A stretch of DNA of 64,000 nucleotides, taken from assembly GCA_903827265.1 (NCBI GenBank), contig CAIKHN010000004.1, positions 40,067-104,066 of the forward strand. Direction: 5' to 3'. The position numbers were made by a program, and so were the translations under genes. Under the pieces are notes generated by a model, which saw only the letters and a program-made list of their open reading frames with translations, had not been told where the DNA came from and searched no databases. Shown here piece after piece: positions 29,749 to 39,489 of this stretch (its first letter is position 1; every line of letters starts with the position of its first letter). Source of the DNA: Candidatus Uhrbacteria bacterium. Its GTDB lineage: Bacteria; Patescibacteriota; Patescibacteriia; UBA9934.

Positions 29749-29848
29749 AATGGCTTAGTTACTTCTCCAGTGCCGTTTCCCTGCTCCTCACGGAGAAGTA
29801 ATGACGTCACGGATGCTTAGCGACGATACTATAGCACAAATCCACTTT

Positions 29849-31984
29849 TCATGCAACCTTCCGCCCGTACTTTCGAAGCCGAAGGGCATTCAAAACCACG
29901 GAAATAGAGGAAAACACCATAGCTCCGCCTGCCAACATCGGGCTCAAAAAGCCCAACATCGCCAAGGGAATTCCAATAATATTGTATGCAAAGGCCCAAA
30001 AAAGGTTTTGACGGATAATTGCGTATGTCCCCCTTGTTAATCGCAAAGCATCCACAACCGCACCCAAGGCAGAAGGTCCGCCGGAAAGCACCACAACATG
30101 CCCAGCCTCGATGGCGATATCCGTCCCCGACCCCATCGCGATCCCTAAATCCGCCTGCGACAGGGCCGGGGCGTCATTGATGCCATCCCCCACAAATGCC
30201 ACCACCTCCCCCTTTTCCTGTACATTCATCACCACACTTCGCTTCTCCCCTGGCTTTACCTCAGCAACCACATCATCAATCCCAACGCGTTTCGCAATCG
30301 CTTTCGCCGCATCTGCATGGTCGCCGGTGACCATCGTCGCAGCGATCCCCATCTTCTTCAGATCAGCAATCGCCTCGATTGCTCCAGCTCGTGGTTCATC
30401 ACGAAGTGCAATCGCGCCGATACATTCTTTGCCCGCACCAACAAATACCACCGTCTTCCCTTCTGATCGAAGCGCGAACGCTGGCGAGAGATTGGGAAGT
30501 TTCATTCCTCGACCACGCAAGAACGATTCTGTGCCAACAGCAACATCGATACCGCTTACAGAACCGAAAATTCCCTCACCTGGAGTGACGAGCACATCGG
30601 TCGGATTGATCCTATTGGCCCTATCTCCAACCGCGAGAACGATCGCCGCAGCCAACGGATGTTCTGACAGCGATTCAAGGTCAGCGGCCTTCGCGAGCAC
30701 GTCATCTTTCGTCGCCGATCCGAACGGCAACACATCGGTAACAACCGGCTTTCCTTCCGTCAGTGTTCCGGTTTTATCGAAGAACACTCTCGTCACTCGC
30801 GACGCATGTTCAAGAGCGGTTCCATCCTTCACCAACACACCACGCTCAGCTCCAGCACCAGTTCCCACCAAAACAGCAATCGGCGTCGCAAGACCAAGTG
30901 CACACGGACACGCGATGACAAGAATCGACACTGCACGAATCACCGCAGCATCGATCGACGAGCCAGAAACCATCATGCCAACAAGCACGAGAATCGATAA
31001 TGCGATGACGATCGGTACAAAAACACCGGAAATCCGATCAGCGAGCTTCTCAATTGGCGCTTTTTTCGTCTGCGCATCCTCAACCATCTTCACAATCTGC
31101 GCCAAGAGCGATTGATCCGACGTCTTCGTGATCGAGATCCGCAACGCGCCATCGATATTCACTGTTCCGCCAATCACCTCATCGCCCTCAACACGACGCG
31201 CCGGAACACTCTCCCCTGTTACCATCGATTCGTCGATCGTGGTAGTTCCTTGAATGATTTTCCCGTCCAAAGGGATCTTTTCACCTGGCTTTACCATCAC
31301 AATGTCACCGATCTTGAGCGCATCGACTGCAACCTCTTCGACGGCATCGCCGATCACCCGATGCGCAGTCTTTGGTGCGAGTGACAGTAGCTTCGTCATC
31401 GCCTCGCTCGCTCGACCGCGGCTCTTTGCCTCAGCCCAACGGCCAAGCAAGATGAACGCCGTAATCACCGACGCGGCTTCGAAATACAGATCACCTCCGC
31501 GAAAAAGCTCAAACCAACTCAACCCAAGCGCAGCGACCGTTCCGAGCGACACCAACGTATCCATATTCGCCTTGCCTCGCTTCAACAATTTGAATGTTGT
31601 TGCGTGGAATGAGGCGCCAAAAATAGCTACCACAATCGTGGCGAGCACAGCCTCGATGTCGGAGGCTGCCGGAATCGACGAACCGATCATTGCGAGAACC
31701 AACACCGGAGCAGCAAACGCCGATGCCCAGAGCGCACGACGTCGTGCAACTGCGAGATCGGAAAAATGATGATGCTCCTCCACCGGCACCGAATACCCAG
31801 CATCGGCAACGGCCTTATGCAAGTGCGCCATCGTCGCTTTTGATCCGTCATATTCCACCGTTGCCTTCCCTGTCGCAAAATTCACCCCAGCATCCGTCAC
31901 TCCAGAAACTTCCTTCAACGAACTCGCAATATTCACCGCACATGACGCGCAATGCATTCCAGAAACTGGAAATGTCGTTTTCAT
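29849..31984 (-). CDS. copA: copper-translocating P1B-type ATPase
   Basis: GMHCASC, TGES, CPCALGLATP, DKTGT, SEHP, GDGINDAP, YN and MxxSS. Confidence 0.93.
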   Translation of the reverse strand: MKTTFPVSGMHCASCAVNIASSLKEVSGVTDAGVNFATGKATVEYDGSKATMAHLHKAVADAGYSVPVEEHHHFSDLAVARRRALWASAFAAPVLVLAMIGSSIPAASDIEAVLATIVVAIFGASFHATTFKLLKRGKANMDTLVSLGTVAALGLSWFELFRGGDLYFEAASVITAFILLGRWAEAKSRGRASEAMTKLLSLAPKTAHRVIGDAVEEVAVDALKIGDIVMVKPGEKIPLDGKIIQGTTTIDESMVTGESVPARRVEGDEVIGGTVNIDGALRISITKTSDQSLLAQIVKMVEDAQTKKAPIEKLADRISGVFVPIVIALSILVLVGMMVSGSSIDAAVIRAVSILVIACPCALGLATPIAVLVGTGAGAERGVLVKDGTALEHASRVTRVFFDKTGTLTEGKPVVTDVLPFGSATKDDVLAKAADLESLSEHPLAAAIVLAVGDRANRINPTDVLVTPGEGIFGSVSGIDVAVGTESFLRGRGMKLPNLSPAFALRSEGKTVVFVGAGKECIGAIALRDEPRAGAIEAIADLKKMGIAATMVTGDHADAAKAIAKRVGIDDVVAEVKPGEKRSVVMNVQEKGEVVAFVGDGINDAPALSQADLGIAMGSGTDIAIEAGHVVVLSGGPSALGAVVDALRLTRGTYAIIRQNLFWAFAYNIIGIPLAMLGFLSPMLAGGAMVFSSISVVLNALRLRKYGRKVA

Positions 31985-31985
31985 A

Positions 31986-33338
31986 CTATTCGGTAACGAT
32001 CATCGTTCCGCGAACCATACCCATCGAACAACTGAATGGAAATGTTCCTGTTTTCGTTGGGGTAAATGCAACGGTATTGTCTCCCGCATGAATTGGCGAT
32101 TGAACGTTAAACGCATTCATCACCAGCGTACTTGCACATCCAAGATTGTTTCCGCCATACACTTCCCAATCCACAGGATATCCCTTTCGAACCGTAATCA
32201 CATCAGGATTGTATCCAAACGCCGACGCCTCCATCGTCACCAATTGGCGGCCATCAATAAGCACAGGAGCAGCCACAGTTGTTGTGGTTGCACTCGCAAA
32301 CGAAAATCCTTGCCACCCAAGCAACGTCGCGCCATTACCAACGTTCGCAATTCCGAGCGCAACAACAAACGCGCCAACGCCAAAGGTTAAACGCTCGAGC
32401 GCTTTTCCTCGGAATGCCGATGTAGCCGCACCAAATCCGACCAGTGCAGGAAGAGTGCCAATAGCGAATGTGGTCATAATCAAGGCTGCTTGAATCGGCG
32501 ATCCTGTTGAAAGCGCGTACAACTGCATCGACTGTGTAAACCCGCATGGCAAGAAGAATGTTGCCGCACCAAGAATCGCAGGAGCAAAAGGACTCTTACT
32601 TTCAACAATGGCATGAATGCGATGCGACAAGAACTTTGGTGGACGAATGGCGAGCCCAGCAGGAAGAACATTCAAGAGATCTATTCCGATACCGATCATC
32701 AAAAGCGCAATCGCCACAATCAATACGCCATTCATTGTGGATGAAAGCGCGAGCTGGCTTCCAATAGCACCAACCAATGCACCAAAGCCCGCAAAGCCGA
32801 TCAGACGACCGACGTTAAAAGCGAAGTGCGGACGCATTTTCGTTACGAATGATTGCGCCGCGTTGGATTGCGCAGCTTTCGATGATAATGCGACGAGAAA
32901 TCCACTAACGACCGCAGTACACGACGAGAACGACGCGACGACACCCACAAGCAGCACGGCGATCAAGCCCTTCCCCGTTGCTTCTTCCGGAGCGTAGTTC
33001 AGGATTCCTGTAGATGTAAGAAGGTAGTAAATGACGTCGATCGCAACAACCGCAAGAATCAATCGATCCCAAGAGAACGGTCGCGGCGCGGACGATAACG
33101 ACGAGAACGAATATCCATGCTGTTTCAAAACCTTTGTACATTCTTCAGCGGAGACCGATTTCCCGTCTTGCATCGCGATTTCAACGGTGTTTGCCCCGGC
33201 CGAGGCACGAACCTTCACCACACCCGGCAGTTTCTTCAGCTCACGCTCAATAACGATCTCACAACTCGCACAGTGCGTCCCGGCAACAGAAAAATGGAAA
33301 GTATTCAACATATTCGATGCACTCATTTTATTCTTCAT
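31986..33338 (-). CDS. HMA + DsbD/TauE-like membrane domain + cupredoxin-like protein
   Basis: GTHCASC, SSC, FNVGRL, FFLPCGFTQSMQ, C-terminal FSCSMGM. Confidence 0.88.
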   Translation of the reverse strand: MKNKMSASNMLNTFHFSVAGTHCASCEIVIERELKKLPGVVKVRASAGANTVEIAMQDGKSVSAEECTKVLKQHGYSFSSLSSAPRPFSWDRLILAVVAIDVIYYLLTSTGILNYAPEEATGKGLIAVLLVGVVASFSSCTAVVSGFLVALSSKAAQSNAAQSFVTKMRPHFAFNVGRLIGFAGFGALVGAIGSQLALSSTMNGVLIVAIALLMIGIGIDLLNVLPAGLAIRPPKFLSHRIHAIVESKSPFAPAILGAATFFLPCGFTQSMQLYALSTGSPIQAALIMTTFAIGTLPALVGFGAATSAFRGKALERLTFGVGAFVVALGIANVGNGATLLGWQGFSFASATTTTVAAPVLIDGRQLVTMEASAFGYNPDVITVRKGYPVDWEVYGGNNLGCASTLVMNAFNVQSPIHAGDNTVAFTPTKTGTFPFSCSMGMVRGTMIVTE

Positions 33339-33407
33339 CGACCATAAAAACAATCCACATAATTATGAAGAGACATGAAGATCGCAATGACGTACAATAG
33401 AAGCAAT

Positions 33408-33800
33408 ATGTTTTCGAAGAAGCGCGATACCGCTGGCGTGCGTGATGAATTTGATTTCGCGCGCACCGAAGGTCAACTAGCTGTCGATGTGATTGAAACA
33501 CCGGATCGCGTCATGATTCGCTCGGCAATTGCAGGCGTTTCTGAAGACGATCTTCACATCACCATCAACGAGGACATGGTCACGATTCGCGGCGAACGTG
33601 CCATAGCAAAACTCCCCCTCAACGCAACCGTGCATTACGAAGAATGTTTTTGGGGCGCGTTCTCGCGTTCTATCATTCTTCCTTGCCGCATTACTCCAGA
33701 CGACGCTGATGCAAGTTTAAAAAACGGCATTCTCACCATTACCCTCAACAAAGCTCGTGGAGACGTTCACCTCCCAGTCCGCAATGAATTGATTGTATGA
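33408..33800 (+). CDS. Hsp20 small heat-shock protein
   Basis: EGQLAVDV, IAGV, ECFWGAFSRSIILP, ASLKNGILTI. Confidence 0.92.
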   Translation: MFSKKRDTAGVRDEFDFARTEGQLAVDVIETPDRVMIRSAIAGVSEDDLHITINEDMVTIRGERAIAKLPLNATVHYEECFWGAFSRSIILPCRITPDDADASLKNGILTITLNKARGDVHLPVRNELIV

Positions 33801-35644
33801 AAAAAGTCCACGCAGCGCTCTTGATTGCCCTCGTTATTCTTCTTGCGGGAACGCTTACCACGGCCGCATTTGCTATAAACGCCCACACCGCATTCACCAA
33901 TCGCGTTGTCGCACACGTTCGAGTTGCCGGCATCGACCTTTCCGGCATGGATGCGCTTGCCGCAACCTCAACACTCCAGCGCGCCTATGACGCCATGATC
34001 AGCGCCGGGCTTCCGGTAACTGTTGGCGACGAAACACAAAAAATCGATCTTTTTGCGTCAAATGGAAGCGACGTTGCATACAACCTTCTTGATTGGGACC
34101 CAAACGCCGCAGCGCAAGAGGCGCTAGCCACCGGCCACAGTCAAAACGCGTTTGTTGATAGCATTTTCACGCTGTATTACGAAATTCTTGGAAGCAAATC
34201 CTATACCGCACACGTTACCGTCAATACCGATCGTCTGGGCGAAGCGCTTCTTGCGGCATTCCCAACAGCGCAAATTGCCGCAACACCAACCGATTTTTCC
34301 GTATCATTTCCTCGTGGAATGGATCCTGTTATCACTATTGCTGAAGGCACAAACGGTCAAACACTCAATCTCGATCCTGCAATGGCATCAATCGCCACTG
34401 ACGCAAAAGACCTCAAACTCCAATCAATTGCCATCGCAACGATGCCCGTAACGCCCTTCATGACAACAACAGATGCCGAGGCGCTTATTCCAAAAGCAAA
34501 CGCAGCCATTCTTGCGGCACCGTACACAATTACTGGAACAAATGTGTCTGGGGAAAGCGAGACATGGACAGTCAGTCAGAAGACAATTGCCGACTGGATT
34601 TTACCAATGCAAAACATTGAGCACGGACCTGTTGTCGATCTTGAACCAGAAAAAATGGTTGATTTCCTCACCGAACTCCACACCGCGATCGACATCAGCG
34701 CAAAAAATGCTCGCTTCACCATCGACGGAGGGAAGGTTAGCGAGTTCCAAGGGAGCAAAGACGGTACCGTCGTTGACGACGACGCATTCTTTGCAGCATT
34801 CGTGGCTGGACTTGGAGCAAACGAGAGCATTTCGATTCCGACACGAGTCGATATTGCGAGCGTTACGACGGAAAATGTAAACACGCTCGGCATCTCGGAG
34901 ATTATTGGCGAGGCAACCACGACGTACACAACATCAACGGCAAATCGTCGAGCAAACATTAAACACGGCGCAGAAAAGTTAAACGGTCTCCTTATCGCTC
35001 CGGGCGAAACCGTGTCACTCCTCTCGCAGCTGCGACCATTCACTATTGAAGACGGCTATTTCCCTGAGCTCGTCATTAAGGGCGATGAAATTAAACCGGA
35101 AGTCGCCGGCGGCTTGTGCCAGATTGGTACCACAACCTTCCGCGCCGTTATGCACGCTGGACTTGAGGTTGTTGAACGCCGAAACCACTCTCTTGCAGTG
35201 TCGTACTATAACGATCCATCGAACGGCAATCCAGGAACCGATGCGACGATTTACGATCCGGCACCAGACTTCAAATTTAGAAACGACATGCCGACGTACG
35301 TGCTACTCGCCACAAATGCTGACAGCGAAAAAGGAGAAGTTACGTTTACGTTCTGGGGAACAAAAGACGGTCGCTCCGGAAGCTACACTCCCCCAACCGT
35401 ACTTTCTCGCTCACCAATGGGAACAAAAGTTATTAAAGAAACCGACACCCTCGCTCCAGGCGTTGAACAATGCCAACACGGCTTCCCCGGCGCCGTCGCC
35501 ACGTTTGACTACACCGTCACATACGGCGACGGAACGTCGAAAACCACAAACTATCTCTCAACCTACCGCCCGCTCCCAGAAACGTGCTTAGTCGGCAAAG
35601 CCACCAGCGTCGCCGAGCCAACGGATGAAGTGATCGCGCAGTAG
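33797..35644 (+). CDS. VanW-family cell-envelope protein
   Basis: N-terminal anchor, RRANI, IAPGE, GGLCQIGTTTFRA, RRNHS, DATIY, DFKFRND. Confidence 0.9.
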   Translation: MKKVHAALLIALVILLAGTLTTAAFAINAHTAFTNRVVAHVRVAGIDLSGMDALAATSTLQRAYDAMISAGLPVTVGDETQKIDLFASNGSDVAYNLLDWDPNAAAQEALATGHSQNAFVDSIFTLYYEILGSKSYTAHVTVNTDRLGEALLAAFPTAQIAATPTDFSVSFPRGMDPVITIAEGTNGQTLNLDPAMASIATDAKDLKLQSIAIATMPVTPFMTTTDAEALIPKANAAILAAPYTITGTNVSGESETWTVSQKTIADWILPMQNIEHGPVVDLEPEKMVDFLTELHTAIDISAKNARFTIDGGKVSEFQGSKDGTVVDDDAFFAAFVAGLGANESISIPTRVDIASVTTENVNTLGISEIIGEATTTYTTSTANRRANIKHGAEKLNGLLIAPGETVSLLSQLRPFTIEDGYFPELVIKGDEIKPEVAGGLCQIGTTTFRAVMHAGLEVVERRNHSLAVSYYNDPSNGNPGTDATIYDPAPDFKFRNDMPTYVLLATNADSEKGEVTFTFWGTKDGRSGSYTPPTVLSRSPMGTKVIKETDTLAPGVEQCQHGFPGAVATFDYTVTYGDGTSKTTNYLSTYRPLPETCLVGKATSVAEPTDEVIAQ

Positions 35645-35682
35645 CTTTTACACTGATAGGAGGATTTTATTTATAACTAAAA

Positions 35683-35806
35683 TCCTCCCACACTTTATTC
35701 TGCGGTCAAGAAGATAAAAGTATTGAAACAGTTCAGCCGAAGCCAAAGTGCTCAAAGATCTTGTATCCCCATGCTTGTCGTGACCGCAGGAGAAAGGGTG
35801 AGAGGA
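35683..35806 (-). ncRNA. candidate rod-shaped RNA downstream of clpP
   Basis: 124-nt irregular hairpin closed by tcctctcac/gtgggagga and ctgcggtca/tgaccgcag, apical cUUCGg loop, overlapping hairpin 35659-35688. Confidence 0.5.
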
Positions 35807-35822
35807 AGTGAATTTGTACCTT

Positions 35823-36416
35823 TTAGGCGATGACCTTGTCAATAAGCCCATATTTTTGGGCCTCTTTCGCAGTCATGAAGTTATCGCGTTCGGTATCTTC
35901 CGCGACGACTTTCATTGGTTTTCCCGTGTGTTTTGAGAGAATTTCGTTCAAACTGTCGCGAACCGCCAAAATACGATCGGCATGGATCTTGATATCCGTT
36001 GCCTGGCCCTTCACGCCGCCAAGCACCTGATGAATCATCACTTCAGCATTTGGGAGCGCAAAACGCTTCCCAGGGGCTCCAGCGGCCAACAGCACAGCGC
36101 CCATGCTCGCCGCCATACCGATACAGATCGTCGAAACCTTCGGCTGAATGTATTGCATGGTGTCGTAAATCGCCAAACCCGCCGTCACCGACCCTCCTGG
36201 AGAGTTAATGTAGAGCGTAATCTCCTTCTCCTTATCCTGGCTTTCCAGGAATAAAAGCTGCGCAATAACGGCGTTTGCTACACCGTCGTCAATCTCCGTT
36301 CCAAGAAAGACGATCCGATCTTTGAGCAAACGAGAATAGATATCATACGACCGTTCACCATTCGCCGTTTTCTCGATCACGGAAGGGATAAGGTAGTTGG
36401 ATTGGATATCAGACAT
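35823..36416 (-). CDS. clpP: ATP-dependent Clp protease proteolytic subunit
   Basis: [36 protein letters not shown]. Confidence 0.98.
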   Translation of the reverse strand: MSDIQSNYLIPSVIEKTANGERSYDIYSRLLKDRIVFLGTEIDDGVANAVIAQLLFLESQDKEKEITLYINSPGGSVTAGLAIYDTMQYIQPKVSTICIGMAASMGAVLLAAGAPGKRFALPNAEVMIHQVLGGVKGQATDIKIHADRILAVRDSLNEILSKHTGKPMKVVAEDTERDNFMTAKEAQKYGLIDKVIA

Positions 36417-36436
36417 AGTAAAACAATAATACCAAC

Positions 36437-36463
36437 TTAGCAGTCTCTTGCCAAGAGTGCTAA
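36437..36463. promoter_or_regulatory. CIRCE element (HrcA operator) overlapping clpP promoter
   Basis: TTAGCAGTC-N9-GAGTGCTAA, one mismatch to consensus; minus-strand TTGGCA-17-TATTAT overlaps it. Confidence 0.88.
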
Positions 36464-36485
36464 CCTCATCGAAACTTCACAAATT

Positions 36486-37133
36486 TTACAGCTCCAAAAT
36501 CCGCTCTGGTTTCAATGCATCCGCAAACGCATCAGAATGCGTAACGACGACGAAGCCGGTTCCAGATGATCGGAGCTTCGCGATTGCGGATGCGGCGATT
36601 GCGCAGGAGGCGGAATCGAGACCGGAGTCGATTTCGTCGAGCAAGGCGAATTTTGGTTTTAAAAGCACAAGTTGAAAAAGTTCGGCGCGCTTCTTCTCGC
36701 CACCCGACATCGAAGAGTGAAGCGTCTTATGTGCGAAGTCTTCGGGCAATCCTAGTTCGGCGAGGGTTTCACGAATGCGACGCTGTGCCTCGGGGACTTC
36801 GGTAACTCCGCACATGGTTTCGAGTGCGGCACGAGCAACGACGCCGAGAGACACGCCGTCGATGGCTGGTGGTTCTTGGTGTGCAAGGAACAGTCCGGCG
36901 CGAGCGATTTCATACGTCTTATGAGACCGATAGGATACGTCATCGATTTTGAAATCCCCCGAAACAATCTCAACACCAGACAACGCCATCAACGCAGAAA
37001 ACAGCGAGCTCTTCCCTGCTCCATTCTTTCCACGAATCACGACGAGTTCACCAGGAGCGCAAACAAAAGAAATATCGGAAAGAATTTCTTTCCCGTTTCG
37101 CAAAATTGAAAGATGCTCAACAACAAGGCTCAT
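36486..37133 (-). CDS. sufC: Fe-S assembly ABC ATPase
   Basis: GKNGAGKS, ARAGLFLAHQEP, SGGEKKRAE, LDEIDSGLD. Confidence 0.92.
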   Translation of the reverse strand: MSLVVEHLSILRNGKEILSDISFVCAPGELVVIRGKNGAGKSSLFSALMALSGVEIVSGDFKIDDVSYRSHKTYEIARAGLFLAHQEPPAIDGVSLGVVARAALETMCGVTEVPEAQRRIRETLAELGLPEDFAHKTLHSSMSGGEKKRAELFQLVLLKPKFALLDEIDSGLDSASCAIAASAIAKLRSSGTGFVVVTHSDAFADALKPERILEL

Positions 37134-37489
37134 AGCTTGGAAATGGCATCTTGCAACGCCTTCAACGGTGTCGTCAAACAACGCTCGCGAAGTGGACTAA
37201 CGGCAACGCCAAGAAGTGATCGGATGCTATTCCCATTCGTAAGTCCTATTTGACCAATAGGACCAATAACCGCATCAGCAATCGCCGCGGCTGATGCTCG
37301 GCTGATGACACAACCTTTCGCATCGAATGTAACATCAGCGATCGCACCATCGACGACCTTCAGCCAAACGGTGCATTCATCGCCACACGACGCGTTTACC
37401 GCAGTCGCTGAAACCGAAGAATCGACCATCGGACCTCGACGACTCTGCCGGTTCGCAAGCGCAAGAAGATTTTCGTATTCGAGAAGCAT
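37130..37489 (-). CDS. sufU: SufU/IscU-type Fe-S assembly protein
   Basis: NASCGD, GCVISRAS, RERC; suf context. Confidence 0.88.
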   Translation of the reverse strand: MLLEYENLLALANRQSRRGPMVDSSVSATAVNASCGDECTVWLKVVDGAIADVTFDAKGCVISRASAAAIADAVIGPIGQIGLTNGNSIRSLLGVAVSPLRERCLTTPLKALQDAISKL

Positions 37490-37491
37490 AG

Positions 37492-38712
37492 TTACGCTTT
37501 CGCCTTTTTAACAATCTCCTTCAAATTACTCACAAGCGCTTCAATATCACGTTCGTCGGTGTATATCGCCAAACTTGCACGCAGTGTTCCCGTCGTCGAA
37601 AGCTTCTCGACAAGTGGTGCTGCGCAATGATTGCCGGCGCGAACGCAAACACCGCGAGCACCGAGCATGTCGGCAACATCATGCGGATGCATACCGTCAA
37701 TAGTGAAGGAGACGATTCCGATCGCGCCCGGAGGATCGAAAACTGTAACGCCTGAGATCGATTGAAGATCGGAGACCAGCCGTTGGCGTAAGACCTCCCC
37801 CCGACCCCCTCCTTCGTAAGGAGGGGGAGCTATCAAACTAAGTGCTGCGGCGAAACCGATTGCGGCTTCGACGTTTGGGGAGCCGCCTTCAAATTTTTCG
37901 ATTCCTTGTCGCCACGTTGCACCGTCGGTCGTGACGTGATCGACCATTCCCCCACCAACAATCATCGGCTCCATGGAATCGATGAGGTCGAGCGAAAGAA
38001 TCATCGCTGCGATTCCTGCCGGGCCGTAGCACTTGTGCGATCCAAAAACGAGTGCATCAACCCCAAGATCGACGACGTCAATCGGGAGATGCGCGGCAGC
38101 CTGTGCAGCATCGACAACAATGAGAGCACCGACACGATGTGCAGCATCGGCGAGATCGGCAATCGGCAAAACCGTTCCGAGAACGTTCGACACCATCGTG
38201 ACAGCGACAATCTTTGTTCGCTCATTCATCATCGCTTTTGCGCGATCGAGGTTTAGCGTAAAATCCGCCAACATTGGCATCGTTTTCACAATCGCGCCGC
38301 GCTCTTTCGCGATGCGTCGCCACGGTAAAAGATTCGCATGGTGTTCGAATGCAGAAACAAGAATCTCGTCGCCAGCCTGCAACCGTTCGCGCAGTCCAAA
38401 TGCAATCGCGTTCAAACCCTCTGTCACACTTTTAGTAAACACACATCGTCCAGCATCAACTCCAACGAAATTCGCAACCGTCGACCGTGCGGCGTCGTAC
38501 TTTTTCATCGTCTCCTCCGCAATTGGATACAATCCGCGACCGACGTTCGACCGTCCACCGGTAATATACGCATTCATCGCATCGATTGCGGACTGACACA
38601 TCTGTGTTGTTGCCGCGTTATCCAAATACGCCACGTCTCGCCGAAGACCTTGGAATTGAGCGCGAAGGTCAAAGTCCGACTTTGACTGACTATTTTTTAA
38701 AAAAGTTTTCAT
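37492..38712 (-). CDS. sufS: cysteine desulfurase
   Basis: YLDNAATT, EHHANLLPW, DAAQ, SHKCYGP, RAGNHCA. Confidence 0.94.
   Translation of the reverse strand: MKTFLKNSQSKSDFDLRAQFQGLRRDVAYLDNAATTQMCQSAIDAMNAYITGGRSNVGRGLYPIAEETMKKYDAARSTVANFVGVDAGRCVFTKSVTEGLNAIAFGLRERLQAGDEILVSAFEHHANLLPWRRIAKERGAIVKTMPMLADFTLNLDRAKAMMNERTKIVAVTMVSNVLGTVLPIADLADAAHRVGALIVVDAAQAAAHLPIDVVDLGVDALVFGSHKCYGPAGIAAMILSLDLIDSMEPMIVGGGMVDHVTTDGATWRQGIEKFEGGSPNVEAAIGFAAALSLIAPPPYEGGGRGEVLRQRLVSDLQSISGVTVFDPPGAIGIVSFTIDGMHPHDVADMLGARGVCVRAGNHCAAPLVEKLSTTGTLRASLAIYTDERDIEALVSNLKEIVKKAKA
37793..37829. repeat. REP-like element in frame within sufS
   Basis: Identical in reverse complement to intergenic 25224-25260; encodes PPPYEGGGRGEV. 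Confidence 0.9.
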
Positions 38713-38719
38713 AATTGAA

Positions 38720-39400
38720 TTATCGACGTTCAACGTCGAACGTTGTCTCAGCCGATCCCGCCGGGCATAGCAGTCCGTCCGCAATCATCGACATCGCGCT
38801 CTCTCGATCAATTCCCCGTGAGGCGCAGTATGCCAATGCCGAAGCACTTGGTCGAGCAATACTCACTGCATGTTTCGCGTTCACCATGTTCGTCGCAATG
38901 TCGAGTTCAGGAATCGCGCGAATACTTGCCGATTCACCAAGAAGCATCCCACGAATTGTCGTTGCAATGCTTCCGCTGTTTACCGATTGACGAACAGTAA
39001 CTCGTTCGCGAACGACGGCACGAGACGAACCATGTGCAACAATACGGTTATCAATAACGCATCGAGAATCGTCTGCTGCAATATTCACATCGTCGGAAAT
39101 ATGGCATCGCACGTTTCCCTGTGATCGAATTGACGACAAAAGCTCGACAGATGCAGAGTCGCCGATCACTGACACCGCACGATCGATGACGCAATCGGAT
39201 TCGAGGTCACCGACAATGAAAATCGAAAGCGATGCGTTGTCATGAACACGCGCAACGATTGAGATCGAGGAACGCGACTCGAGATCGATACGATGCGAAA
39301 CACTCGTTCCAGATAACACATCGATGACCAAAACAAAATCCGAAATCGCCGATGGAATGATCGATGATTCGGAAAGAGGTTTTGCGCGATCGAGAACCAT
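38720..39400 (-). CDS. sufD: short SufD-like protein
   Basis: PELDIATNMVNAKHAVSI, YCASRGI; lies between sufB and sufS. Confidence 0.82.
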   Translation of the reverse strand: MVLDRAKPLSESSIIPSAISDFVLVIDVLSGTSVSHRIDLESRSSISIVARVHDNASLSIFIVGDLESDCVIDRAVSVIGDSASVELLSSIRSQGNVRCHISDDVNIAADDSRCVIDNRIVAHGSSRAVVRERVTVRQSVNSGSIATTIRGMLLGESASIRAIPELDIATNMVNAKHAVSIARPSASALAYCASRGIDRESAMSMIADGLLCPAGSAETTFDVERR

Positions 39401-39489
39401 ACTTTTCTGCTAAAGCTTAGCTTTGACATTCCTGAAATGGACGAATGTGCCTTATATTCTTCAGTTCTTGATGTTAAAGCTTAGCTTTG

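Noticed and set aside
33797-35644. Vancomycin resistance locus
   Set aside because: Lone VanW-family envelope protein with no vanHAX or vanRS genes
35683-35806. SRP (4.5S) RNA identity for the rod hairpin
   Set aside because: Lacks the conserved GGAA-capped domain IV motif
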